NCBI GenBank assembly: GCA_021801565.1
Contig: JAJYXV010000015.1
Location: forward strand, 91,168-155,167
Reading direction: 5' to 3'
Source: a bacterium
Lineage (GTDB): Bacteria; Patescibacteriota; Minisyncoccia; UBA6257; GWB1-50-10
Length of the DNA stretch: 64,000 nucleotides
Part shown: positions 10,030 through 19,422 of the stretch, piece by piece
Numbering within the stretch: the first letter of the stretch is position 1
Layout: each line of letters opens with the position of its first letter
The notes under the pieces: generated by a model
The model's input: the letters and a program-made list of their open reading frames with translations, nothing else
Databases searched by the model: none
What the model was told of the DNA's origin: nothing
Position numbers and translations under genes: made by a program

Positions 10030-11034
10030 TTAAACAAATCCGTGTTTTTCGAATGGGATATGAAGATGATCATATGCCGCCTTTGTGGCAACGCGTCCCA
10101 ATGAGGTTCTTTCCAAAAATCCAAGATTCATAAGAAATGGTTCATACACATCCTCGATTGTTCCCGTTTCTTCAGAAAGTGCTGCGGCCAGCGCCTTTAC
10201 TCCTACCGGGCCACCCCCAAATCTCTTTATGATGGTTTTTAAAAGTTCTCTATCAGTGTGTTCGAGTCCAAGTGAATCCACTTCAAGTAGTGATAATGTT
10301 TTTTCTACAACATATTCATCAATTGATCCGTTATGATATATTTCCGCATAATCACGCGCTCGCTTTAAAAGCCTATTTGCGGTTCGTGGAGTAAATCGCG
10401 ATGCGCGCGCAAGCATTGCAATTGCACCCGGGGTAATTTCTGTTTTTAAAATATATGCAGATTGTTTTATTATTTTTTCAATATCTTCGGTTCGATAATA
10501 ATCAAGTTTAATTGTTGCTCCAAAACGGGAACGAAGTGGGTTCGAAAGCACATTCACTTTTGTAGTTGCCGCGATTACTGTGAATGGTGGAAGATCGAGC
10601 GAAAACGTTCGTGCCGACGGTCCCTTTCCGACGATAAAGTGGAGTTTTCTACTTTCAAGCGCCGGATATAAAATTTCTTCAACGAGCTTGTTGATACGAT
10701 GTGCTTCGTCAATAAATAAAATTTCATGCGGTTCAATATTACTTAAAATTGCCGCTACATCTCCAGCTTTTTCAAGCGCAGGTCCCGTGGTTGATCTCAC
10801 CTGAACGCCCATTTCTTTTCCTATGAGGTATGCAAGAGTTGTTTTTCCCAAGCCCGCTTGTCCATAAAAAAGAAGATGATCACAACTTTCGCCCCTCTTT
10901 TTTGCCGCATCAATAATAAGACGCAAATTTGTTTTTGCCTTTTCTTGACCCACATATTCTGTCCATGTTCTCGGGCGCAACGCGAGATCAAATCCAGCGT
11001 CATCATTTTTTTCTTCCTTTTTTATTGCCATCAC
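10030..11034 (-). CDS. ruvB: Holliday junction branch migration helicase RuvB
   Basis: LRP..EYVGQ, GLGKTT, FIDEAHR, GGPVG, EDVYEP. Confidence 0.97.
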   Translation of the reverse strand: MMAIKKEEKNDDAGFDLALRPRTWTEYVGQEKAKTNLRLIIDAAKKRGESCDHLLFYGQAGLGKTTLAYLIGKEMGVQVRSTTGPALEKAGDVAAILSNIEPHEILFIDEAHRINKLVEEILYPALESRKLHFIVGKGPSARTFSLDLPPFTVIAATTKVNVLSNPLRSRFGATIKLDYYRTEDIEKIIKQSAYILKTEITPGAIAMLARASRFTPRTANRLLKRARDYAEIYHNGSIDEYVVEKTLSLLEVDSLGLEHTDRELLKTIIKRFGGGPVGVKALAAALSEETGTIEDVYEPFLMNLGFLERTSLGRVATKAAYDHLHIPFEKHGFV

Positions 11035-11106
11035 AATTCATTTTACCGCACATGGGAGAAAATGTGTATTTTTTCTTCTAAAAGCGCGCTTTTTAATGAG
11101 GTTGAC

Positions 11107-11234
11107 CCAGTAGTGAAAATTCGATATGTCGTTCCACGACACAGTTATATACTATTAAATTAAGACGGTTTGTGTTGGAAACGAATAGCAAAATTGAGCA
11201 CTTTCTCCCTATATAACCGAGTTTCTACTACCGG
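11107..11234 (+). mobile_element. 128-bp MITE-like element, copy 1, with 5-bp TSD TTGAC
   Basis: Exact reverse complement of 15044-15171; imperfect TIRs CCAGTAGTGAAAATTCGA / CCGGTAGTAGAAACTCGG; TTGAC at 11102-11106 and 11235-11239. Confidence 0.85.
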
Positions 11235-11262
11235 TTGACATTTTTTTTGATATACGTATGAT
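11235..11262 (+). promoter_or_regulatory. Sigma70-type promoter whose -35 box is the MITE TSD
   Basis: TTGACA-16-TATGAT. Confidence 0.6.
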
Positions 11263-11343
11263 AGTCCCTAGTAAAGAGAAAGGAGATAGACAAATGCTGT
11301 TTTTTATTAAAAACGCTGCTTTTCCGCCGCCTTTGGGTGGCTA

Positions 11344-11372
11344 TTGACAAATAAATATAAGTATGCTACAAT
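11344..11372 (+). promoter_or_regulatory. Near-consensus sigma70 promoter with extended -10
   Basis: TTGACA-17-TACAAT, with TG immediately upstream of the -10 spacer base. Confidence 0.8.
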
Positions 11373-11378
11373 ACTAAC

Positions 11379-11556
11379 AGTATCCTGATAATAGACCTGT
11401 GGGTAAACGGATTTCTTCCCAGAAACTTTAGGACTATCTTGCTTTGGCTCGATAACTCCTCGGAAAAATCAGTCTTTTTCTGAAATATAATTTCGGAAAA
11501 TGTGTTTCACACGGCCTAACGGCTTTTTACCCACGGATCTATCATCAGGATTTTTT
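11379..11556 (+). ncRNA. Candidate ~175-nt structured RNA or leader with a long closing stem
   Basis: 11382-11407 pairs with 11526-11551 (23 WC, 1 GU, 2 mismatches); begins at the predicted TSS and ends in a U-run. Confidence 0.5.
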
Positions 11557-11577
11557 AATAATTAAAGAGGAATACAA

Positions 11578-11853
11578 ATGGATGAGAAAACCATTTGGAG
11601 TATTTTGCTTATGTTTTGTTGGATTATTGTTTCTCTTGGTCAAATAAACCAAGGGATGAAGATTAAAAAAAACAAAAACATAGAAAATATTTCAATTTTC
11701 TTGCCAACAACAGTATTTATTGCACAGACAATTCTTTTTGTTAAAGGATTGTCTTATGGTGATTGGTCGCTAATTATTGGTGCTGTTGTGGTAAATATTG
11801 GTACTATGTTTAATGTTTTTAATTTTCTAAAAATTAAACCAATTCAGAAATAA
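11578..11853 (+). CDS. Small 3-TM membrane protein, PQ-loop/SemiSWEET-like
   Basis: 91 aa, three hydrophobic segments, Q..K..K.K.IENIS pattern; SD GAGGA; terminator at 11854-11878. Confidence 0.6.
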   Translation: MDEKTIWSILLMFCWIIVSLGQINQGMKIKKNKNIENISIFLPTTVFIAQTILFVKGLSYGDWSLIIGAVVVNIGTMFNVFNFLKIKPIQK

Positions 11854-11916
11854 GCGCCGCAGATTGCGGCGTTTTTCTTTTCTCCCCAACCCCTAACCGT
11901 CTAACTATCTAACCGC

Positions 11917-13590
11917 CTATCCTTCCAGCCACTCAATCTTCCCCGCCAAACGTTCCACTTCAGCAATACTTGTTTTTCCTTTTAATACTTTTAAGAACCC
12001 ATCTTCCTGAAGCATCACCATTCCCTCTTTTTGTGCAACTTCTTTTAATTCGATTTCCGTTGGATTTTTATAAATTAATTCTTCTATTTTTTCTGAGATC
12101 GCAAAAAGTTCGAATATTGAAATGCGCCCCCTGTATCCAATTCCTGCGCAGGCCGGACATCCTTTTGGCCCGTAAATTGTGTACGTCTCATATTCTTTTT
12201 TATTCACGCGCGCTGGAAGTTTTTCTAAAAACTCCTTTATTTTTTCTTTTTGTCCGTCACTTGTTGTGACGGGTGTCTTACACTCGGGGCAAAGCACACG
12301 AACAAGACGTTGTGCAATGACGAGATTTAATGCCGGCCCAATAATTTGTGTTTTTGCGCCCAAGTCAATGAGGCGGGGGATTGCTCCTACCGCATCGTTT
12401 GTGTGGAGCGTTGAAAAGACCAGGTGTCCGGTAAGTGATGCATTCATCGCAATTTCAGCGGTTTCCTTGTCTCTAATTTCTCCCACAAGTACAATATCTG
12501 GATCTTGGCGCAAAATTGAACGAAGTCCGCTTGCAAACGTATAATTCGCATCGGCATCAACTTGTGTTTGTGAAATTCCTTCGAGGTGATATTCAATTGG
12601 GTCTTCAATGGTAATTATTTTTATTTCTGGGTCGGTAATATATTTTAAAAACGCATAGAGCGTGGTAGTTTTTCCGGATCCCGTCGGTCCCGTGTTTAAA
12701 ATAAGTCCGTTTGGTCTGTCGATCTCTTTTTTTATAATTTCGAGATCATCTGGCCGCCATCCCAACTCTTCAAGGTTTGCTTTTAAGGAGAGTGGATCAA
12801 GGAGACGAAGCACAAGTGTTTCGCCGTATTCGGAGGGGATGACGGAGGTTCTTACCTCGATATCGCGGTCACTTAGTTGTATGGTAAAGCGTCCGTCTTG
12901 CGCTTCATCATGGATATTTAATTTTAAATTTGAGAGAAGTTTTATGCGCGTGACAACTGATTTGTACACAAGGGGAGTGAATTCGGAAAAAATAGTGTGG
13001 AGAAGTCCATCAACACGGAGACGAAGCGAATTTTCGTTTTCACCCGGCTCGAGATGAATATCAGATGTTTTCATCGCCATTGCCCCCGCAAGAATAATTT
13101 CGAGAATCTGGGAGGTATACGGACTCTTGAAATTTTTTAATGCAGAAGTAAAATCGGCGAGGCTTTTTATTTGTGTTTGAAACTCTTTAATATGTGCCTC
13201 ATTAATTTCTACACTTCCAGAAATTTCTTTTGTGTCGGCTACGTATTGATAATACGACCACCCATGACGCAGTGATAACATTGAACAAATTGCAATATGA
13301 AGTTCGAATTTATTTTTTAAAGCGTCAATAAGAGTTTTCGATTCGGGGAGCGTCGGATTAAATGCGGCAACAAAAAGTTTTTTTTGGCTGATTTGGAAGG
13401 GGGCTACGAGCGCCTTTTTTGCATCTTCTTCTTTTATTATTTCAAGTGCCCTTAACTCAATTGGGGTTTTTGAACTAATAAGATCAAGATAAGGAAGACC
13501 AAGTTGTGTTGCCCTCCGTTTTGCATCATTTTCTTCTGCAGTTTTTCTTTGTTTTTGAAGTTGTTCCTGAAGTTTTTTTGCAAAAAGCAT
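11917..13590 (-). CDS. pilB: Type IV pilus/T2SS assembly ATPase (PilB/GspE family)
   Basis: SDIHLEP, GPTGSGKTTT, TIEDPIEY, LRQDPD, TGHLVFSTLHTN, tetracysteine motif. Confidence 0.92.
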   Translation of the reverse strand: MLFAKKLQEQLQKQRKTAEENDAKRRATQLGLPYLDLISSKTPIELRALEIIKEEDAKKALVAPFQISQKKLFVAAFNPTLPESKTLIDALKNKFELHIAICSMLSLRHGWSYYQYVADTKEISGSVEINEAHIKEFQTQIKSLADFTSALKNFKSPYTSQILEIILAGAMAMKTSDIHLEPGENENSLRLRVDGLLHTIFSEFTPLVYKSVVTRIKLLSNLKLNIHDEAQDGRFTIQLSDRDIEVRTSVIPSEYGETLVLRLLDPLSLKANLEELGWRPDDLEIIKKEIDRPNGLILNTGPTGSGKTTTLYAFLKYITDPEIKIITIEDPIEYHLEGISQTQVDADANYTFASGLRSILRQDPDIVLVGEIRDKETAEIAMNASLTGHLVFSTLHTNDAVGAIPRLIDLGAKTQIIGPALNLVIAQRLVRVLCPECKTPVTTSDGQKEKIKEFLEKLPARVNKKEYETYTIYGPKGCPACAGIGYRGRISIFELFAISEKIEELIYKNPTEIELKEVAQKEGMVMLQEDGFLKVLKGKTSIAEVERLAGKIEWLEG

Positions 13591-13787
13591 TATTTCTATT
13601 TTACATCTTTTCTTTTTTTACGCATAGATAATCATTGATTGATCACAAGCGATGGGGGTTGTTGCTATTATGATCAAAAAATGAGATTTAGATTCCTAAA
13701 TATTCAAAACAAATGCCCGGTTTTTGCAAGAATTCATATTGAAAAATCCAGGATGTGTATTGTGGAATTTTGTTTTATAATAAACCC

Positions 13788-14600
13788 ATGCTTTTTTTCT
13801 TGTATGGGCCGGATTCGTATCGACGCAAAGAAAAACTAGAACACCTTATTTCTCCATATAAGGAAAAATATAAGAACGCCGACATACTTGAAATCGATAT
13901 GAGTGAGGACGAAAACGAGTGGGAGAGGGTGAGGGATTTTTTGGTTCAACCATCTATGTTTGTTGATTCAAAAGTCGCAGTGGTGCGGCACGCAACAATA
14001 ATTGAAGAACCGGGGTGGATGAACACGCTTCGGTCTCAATTGAAAACAACGAAGGTGTTTACATTCCTTTCTGAAGAAGAAGCACCGAAGAAAAACTTTG
14101 ACTTTCTTTTCTCATCGGCAGTACACAAAGTGGAATTTCAGGAACTAGACGGAAAAACACTTGAAAATTTCATAAAAAACAAATCAGAGAAATTACACAT
14201 CTCTCTTGAGGACGACGCATTACATCTTTTTGTCTTATTCATCCTTTCGTTTGAGAATAATCGCTCGTGGCGCGTTGTTCGTGAGCTTGAAAAATTATCT
14301 CTATTAGGACTTCCGTTGCCGATACAAAAAAAAGATCTTTTGAATTATATCAAAATACACACACATGAAGAATTGTTTTCACTTGCCCGAGATATTGTCT
14401 ACAACAAAGATATTCGTATACGCCTCTTTTCGCTTGAAAAAGTACTTTTACAAAACGAAGCGGTGGCACATTTTTTTAATCTTATATCAGCCCTTGTGAA
14501 AGGGCCTAAAGCGCTTTTATTCGCCGACTATGATGTTCTTGTAAAGAGCGGAAAAATTGGATATGAAGAGGCACTTTTTGAGTTTGCAATGAAAAAATAA
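13788..14600 (+). CDS. holA: DNA polymerase III delta subunit-like
   Basis: MLFFLYGPDSYR N-terminus, SMF, ELEKL; adjacent to rpsT; ATG 6 nt after TATAAT. Confidence 0.8.
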   Translation: MLFFLYGPDSYRRKEKLEHLISPYKEKYKNADILEIDMSEDENEWERVRDFLVQPSMFVDSKVAVVRHATIIEEPGWMNTLRSQLKTTKVFTFLSEEEAPKKNFDFLFSSAVHKVEFQELDGKTLENFIKNKSEKLHISLEDDALHLFVLFILSFENNRSWRVVRELEKLSLLGLPLPIQKKDLLNYIKIHTHEELFSLARDIVYNKDIRIRLFSLEKVLLQNEAVAHFFNLISALVKGPKALLFADYDVLVKSGKIGYEEALFEFAMKK

Positions 14601-14747
14601 TCTCGCATCTTTTTGCGCGTATGGGTTTTGGTGGTAAATAGAATATGTTGAAATAGTACGTAAAATGATTTTTTTCCCATTATGAGAGCATAACAAAAAA
14701 GCCCACAAAAATTCTTTCGTGGACCTGATTTGTGAAAGGGTGCGGGG

Positions 14748-15005
14748 TTATTTTTTAATCTTTTTTGAAAGTCGCGATTTTATTCTATTCACCTTCCCGC
14801 GTTTTATAAGGCCTCTTTTTCCCATTTTATCAACTGTTTTATAAATTGTGGGAAGATATGATTCTGCCTCTTTTATTTGGTTTGTTGCAATGAGTTTTTT
14901 AAACTTTTTCACCGCCACCCTTATATTTGCTTTTTGTTCAATATTTCTCTTTCTGCGGCGAATATTTTGTCTCAGTGCTTTTTGTGCAGATGTTGTTTTT
15001 GGCAT
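14748..15005 (-). CDS. rpsT: 30S ribosomal protein S20
   Basis: MPKTTSAQKALRQ...DKMGKRGLI...KSRL. Confidence 0.95.
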   Translation of the reverse strand: MPKTTSAQKALRQNIRRRKRNIEQKANIRVAVKKFKKLIATNQIKEAESYLPTIYKTVDKMGKRGLIKRGKVNRIKSRLSKKIKK

Positions 15006-15014
15006 AACGGTAGA

Positions 15015-15043
15015 ATACTAAATCAAAGATTAGAAAACGTCAA
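15015..15043 (-). promoter_or_regulatory. rpsT promoter whose -35 box is the MITE TSD
   Basis: Minus-strand TTGACG-17-TAGTAT, ending 9 nt before the rpsT ATG. Confidence 0.65.
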
Positions 15044-15171
15044 CCGGTAGTAGAAACTCGGTTATATAGGGAGAAAGTGCTCAATTTTGCTATTCGTTTC
15101 CAACACAAACCGTCTTAATTTAATAGTATATAACTGTGTCGTGGAACGACATATCGAATTTTCACTACTGG
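15044..15171 (-). mobile_element. 128-bp MITE-like element, copy 2, with TSD GTCAA (TTGAC on the minus strand)
   Basis: Identical to 11107-11234 in inverted orientation; GTCAA at 15039-15043 and 15172-15176. Confidence 0.85.
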
Positions 15172-15271
15172 GTCAACTCAGTAATAATTCACTAACGGGC
15201 GAGCCGCTATCAAGTCAATCCAACATAAAAAAGATGCGGTGCGGTATTTTCGCTGGTATAATAGAGGTAAT

Positions 15272-15862
15272 ATGTTGTATACATTAAATGGACTCGTCAC
15301 TGAAAAGAAACAGAATTTTTTTGTTCTTGAGGTGGGGGGAATCGGATTTAAAATATTTGCGAATATTCATACACTTGAAAAAATTTCTATAGGGAACACA
15401 CCCATTCATTGTTTTTGTTTTCTCCATTCATCTGAGAATCAATTTGATGTGTTTGGCTTTCTTGACGAACCATCACTATCTTTCTTTGAATTATTAAATA
15501 CCGTTCCCGGGGTCGGGCCACGCACCGCACTAAATGTTCTCGATGTGGATTCCGTACAAAATATTACCGCCGCAATTCTTGAAAAAAGAATCGATCTTTT
15601 AACGCGCGCGTCTGGAATCGGGAAGAAAACAGCAGAAAGAATTGTGGTAGAACTTCAAAACAAGCTTCACGTACACGCCTCTTCATCACTTACAGAATCA
15701 ATGGATATAAATATTGAACTGGAGGAAGCGCTTACAAGTCTTGGATATCAACAAAAAGAGGCAAAACAAGCAATACAGACAGCACAAAAACTTTTTCGTG
15801 GAAACGAAACATTCGAAGATCGATTACGAAGCATTTTGAAGGGTATTGGTAAATCAAAATAA
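15272..15862 (+). CDS. ruvA: Holliday junction DNA-binding protein RuvA
   Basis: EVGGIG, VPGVGPRTA, GIGKKTAERI, ALTSLGY. Confidence 0.95.
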   Translation: MLYTLNGLVTEKKQNFFVLEVGGIGFKIFANIHTLEKISIGNTPIHCFCFLHSSENQFDVFGFLDEPSLSFFELLNTVPGVGPRTALNVLDVDSVQNITAAILEKRIDLLTRASGIGKKTAERIVVELQNKLHVHASSSLTESMDINIELEEALTSLGYQQKEAKQAIQTAQKLFRGNETFEDRLRSILKGIGKSK

Positions 15863-16003
15863 TTTTTATAAATCCCGTTCATAATAGTTTTTTCGAAAAT
15901 ATGAGTTATAAACTATGTTTGATTGTTGGAGAATCAAACAAAAAAGGACGACAGCACACGCGAAAAGCGCGAAGAAACACTCGTGTTTCCTACTAATAAC
16001 AGG

Positions 16004-17362
16004 ATGAAAATCACATTTTACGGCGGAGCAAGAACAGTAACCGGTGCAAATTATTTACTTGAATCCGGTGGAACGAAACTACTCATTGATTGTGGATTAC
16101 ATCAGGGGTCAAATTATTCGGAGGACCTTAATTTTGAACCGTTTCCATACAGTCCGAAAGAAATTAATGCGGTGTGTGTAACACACGCGCATATTGATCA
16201 CATTGGAAGAATTCCTCAATTGGTAAAACGAGGATTTTTGGGTTCTATTTATTCCACGCCCCCTACAATGGATATGGCGGAGGCGCTTCTTATTGATGCA
16301 GAACATATTCTTTCTGAAGAAGCGGAAAAAAGAGAGCTTCCGCCGATTTATGTAATAGGCGACATTGTGAAAACAATGGGATTGTGGAAAAAACAATTAT
16401 ATCATCAAAAATTTATAATTGGTCCATTTGAGGTTGAATTCTATGATGCGGGACACGTACTTGGTTCGAGTTCAATTGTGATTCGTGCCGATGGGAAAAC
16501 AATAGTGTTTTCCGGAGATTTAGGAAACACGCATAAACCATTTTTAAAACCGACAGAACCCATACAAGAATTGGTAGATTATGCGCTTATTGAATCGACC
16601 TACGGCGGAAGAATTCATGAAAAAATTAAAGAGAGAAAAAACGAACTTGAACGTGTTATACATGAAACAATACGAAAAAATGGGGTGCTATTAATTCCGG
16701 CATTTGCGCTTGAACGAACACAAGAGATGATTTTTGAATTAAATGAACTTGTTGAAAATAAAAAAATACCAAATATGCCGGTATTTGTTGATAGTCCGCT
16801 TGCGATCAAACTTACCGCTGTGTATGAAAAATATTGTCGCGATCCGTTGTATTTCAACAATGAAACGATTGATCACGTTAATAATGGGGACGAGATATTT
16901 GATTTTCCAGGACTTCGTTTTTCTCTTACGCAAGAAGAATCAAAAAGCATTTCAAGGGTCCCTGCACCAAAAGTAATTATTGCCGGCGCCGGAATGTCGC
17001 AGGGAGGAAGGGTGTTATACCATGAAAAACAATACCTTGGAGATGAACGCAATACGATATTATTTGTCGGGTTTCAGGCAAAGGGATCACTTGGAAGACT
17101 TCTTGTAGAAAAAAATCCATCAGTCATGATACAAGGAGAACGAATTCATGTCCGTGCGCATATAGAATTGATTGATGGATATTCAGCTCATGCCGATCAG
17201 GCACAACTTGTAAGGTGGATTTCTCTGATGAAAAATTCGATAAAAAAAACATTTATTGTACAAGGAGAAGAAAATGAATCTGAAGCACTTTCAAAAAAAA
17301 TAAAAGACGAATTTGGATGTGATACGCACATTCCTTCTTTTGGAGAGACAGTGGTGTTATAA
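16004..17362 (+). CDS. MBL-fold beta-CASP ribonuclease family protein
   Basis: THAHIDH, AGHVLGS, FSGDLG, ESTYG, YSAHAD. Confidence 0.92.
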   Translation: MKITFYGGARTVTGANYLLESGGTKLLIDCGLHQGSNYSEDLNFEPFPYSPKEINAVCVTHAHIDHIGRIPQLVKRGFLGSIYSTPPTMDMAEALLIDAEHILSEEAEKRELPPIYVIGDIVKTMGLWKKQLYHQKFIIGPFEVEFYDAGHVLGSSSIVIRADGKTIVFSGDLGNTHKPFLKPTEPIQELVDYALIESTYGGRIHEKIKERKNELERVIHETIRKNGVLLIPAFALERTQEMIFELNELVENKKIPNMPVFVDSPLAIKLTAVYEKYCRDPLYFNNETIDHVNNGDEIFDFPGLRFSLTQEESKSISRVPAPKVIIAGAGMSQGGRVLYHEKQYLGDERNTILFVGFQAKGSLGRLLVEKNPSVMIQGERIHVRAHIELIDGYSAHADQAQLVRWISLMKNSIKKTFIVQGEENESEALSKKIKDEFGCDTHIPSFGETVVL

Positions 17363-17381
17363 TTGGAATAAATAATATAAT

Positions 17382-18008
17382 ATGCCACGAAAAAAAATAA
17401 ATTTAGAAAACAATTGTAACGGCAATCACGGCTACCATCTCAAATATAAAATTTGTGTTTCTGGAGCTGCAGAAACGGGATGTTGTGCAGAGGGCACACA
17501 AGAAAAAGCCGAGGCGGTGGGAAGAGAAATTGCAAAAAGAGGGTTGGTGCTTGTTACTGGTGCAACCACAGGGACGCCATATTGGGCCGCAAAAGGAGCA
17601 AAATCAGAAGGGGGGATTGTAATTGGAATTTCACCCGCAGCATCAAAGGCTGCTCACATAAAAACATATCGTCTTCCGATAGATCATCATGATCTTATTA
17701 TTTATACCGGATTTAATTATGCGGGAAGAAATCTTCTTCTTATTCGTTCGGCGGACGCGATTATCACTATCTGCGGAAGAATAGGAACGTTAAATGAATT
17801 TACTATTGCGTTTGAAGATCAAAAACCAATTGGAGTGCTTGAGGGTACGGGAGGAATGGCTGATGGGTTAAGAAATATAGTTGAGAATGCACATCGTGGC
17901 CCCGGGAAAGTCGTATATTCTGAAGATCCGGTCGAGCTTCTTGATAAAGTGCTCGCAGTAATAAAAGAAGAGGAAGAAAAAAACGGAATAAAAGGCCGAG
18001 TACTTTAA
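17382..18008 (+). CDS. LOG/SLOG family Rossmann-like nucleotide-binding protein
   Basis: VTGATTG, RNLLLIRSAD, GRIGTLNEF. Confidence 0.85.
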   Translation: MPRKKINLENNCNGNHGYHLKYKICVSGAAETGCCAEGTQEKAEAVGREIAKRGLVLVTGATTGTPYWAAKGAKSEGGIVIGISPAASKAAHIKTYRLPIDHHDLIIYTGFNYAGRNLLLIRSADAIITICGRIGTLNEFTIAFEDQKPIGVLEGTGGMADGLRNIVENAHRGPGKVVYSEDPVELLDKVLAVIKEEEEKNGIKGRVL

Positions 18009-18016
18009 ATAAACAC

Positions 18017-18283
18017 ATGCCCAAAAAGAATGCTGAGGAAAAACCAATTGGTGTAGTGACCCATTACTTTGGGGGGATTAATGTAGTAATAGTAAAATTT
18101 AATACCTCAATAAAAGTTGGGGAAACCATCCATTTTAGGGGTGCAACCACGGATTTTTCTGAGAAGATAAAATCAATGCAGTACGACCATAAAGACATAG
18201 AAGGAGCAAAAAAAGGACAAGAGGTGGGAATTAAGGTTGGTGATAAAGCAAGAGAGGGAGATGAGGTATTTTTAGAGAAATAG
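18017..18283 (+). CDS. Small beta-barrel 'translation elongation factor-like' protein
   Basis: IGVVTHYF...SMQ.DH...AKKGQEVGIKV...REGDEV. Confidence 0.75.
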   Translation: MPKKNAEEKPIGVVTHYFGGINVVIVKFNTSIKVGETIHFRGATTDFSEKIKSMQYDHKDIEGAKKGQEVGIKVGDKAREGDEVFLEK

Positions 18284-18295
18284 TTTAAGAGACAT

Positions 18296-19420
18296 ATGCA
18301 TAAACCCGCAATTCTTTCGGTGGGGTTGCTTGCTGGTACGATCATTGGTGCCGGCATTTTTTCACTTCCTTATCTTTTTTTTCGTGTCGGACTTGTTCCC
18401 AGCGTGCTCTATCTTTTGATGTTTAGTGGGATATATATTGCGTTCTATTTTATGTATTCATCACTTCTTCTTAAAGAATCCGAACCGCATGATTTTTTTA
18501 GACTAGCCAGAAAATATTTATCAAAACCATTTTCAAAACTTGCCTCGTTTCTTGCGATTGGAGAATTACTATTTGCGCTTGTGATATATCTCATTCTTGC
18601 GGAAAGGTTTTTAAATTTTAGTTTCGGAATAAATGGAATCTCCGCCGTGTTTTTGTTTTGGATACTAAGCTCCGTTTTTATATTTGTCCGTCTGAATTGG
18701 CTGGGGGTTATCGAGGTATTAAGCACTCTTTCTGTTATTACACTCATTATTTTTATTTTTTTTATAGGAGGAACGACAACAAATATTCCTAATATTTCTC
18801 TTTTTCCCCATATATTTGATTGGAAATTATTACTTCTCCCTTTTGGTCCCCTCCTTTTTTCATTTTCCGGGCGTTCTGCCATTTCAAAAATAGTCGAAGA
18901 ATATAGAAAAGCGAAAGATACGAATAGCCGGTTTTCGATTAAAAAATCTCTTGTGTGGGGAACTGTTATTCCTGCAATAGTGTATCTTTTCTTTGTTTTT
19001 AGTGTTTTTCGGCTCGGAGGAAACATTTCCGCAGACACATTAAGCGGGCTCACATTCCTCTCTCCGTTTGTATGTGGACTCCTTGGACTCCTTGGTCTCA
19101 TTGCTCTTTGGGATTCATATTTTATTATTGGGATAAACATAAAAGACATCCTTGTGTGGGATGCCTTATGGCCACGGTGGATTGGTATTAGTATTCCTCT
19201 TTTTCTTCCCTTAGCTCTCTATTTTCTCGGATTTAAAGACTTGCTTTTAGTGCTTGGTCTTGTTGGTGGTGTTTTTACTGCATGTGCCGGAATTTTTGTA
19301 ACACGCATGTGGCAAAACGCGTTTCCTCTCCATGGGTTCAAAAACCTCTCCCACGCGCTGTATATAGTTTTTTCCATCGCCGTTATATATGAGGTTTTAA
19401 ACATCGCGTTCAGTCTTTAA
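18296..19420 (+). CDS. Aromatic amino acid permease family transporter
   Basis: GTIIGAGIFSLPY; about 11 TM segments. Confidence 0.85.
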   Translation: MHKPAILSVGLLAGTIIGAGIFSLPYLFFRVGLVPSVLYLLMFSGIYIAFYFMYSSLLLKESEPHDFFRLARKYLSKPFSKLASFLAIGELLFALVIYLILAERFLNFSFGINGISAVFLFWILSSVFIFVRLNWLGVIEVLSTLSVITLIIFIFFIGGTTTNIPNISLFPHIFDWKLLLLPFGPLLFSFSGRSAISKIVEEYRKAKDTNSRFSIKKSLVWGTVIPAIVYLFFVFSVFRLGGNISADTLSGLTFLSPFVCGLLGLLGLIALWDSYFIIGINIKDILVWDALWPRWIGISIPLFLPLALYFLGFKDLLLVLGLVGGVFTACAGIFVTRMWQNAFPLHGFKNLSHALYIVFSIAVIYEVLNIAFSL

Positions 19421-19422
19421 AT

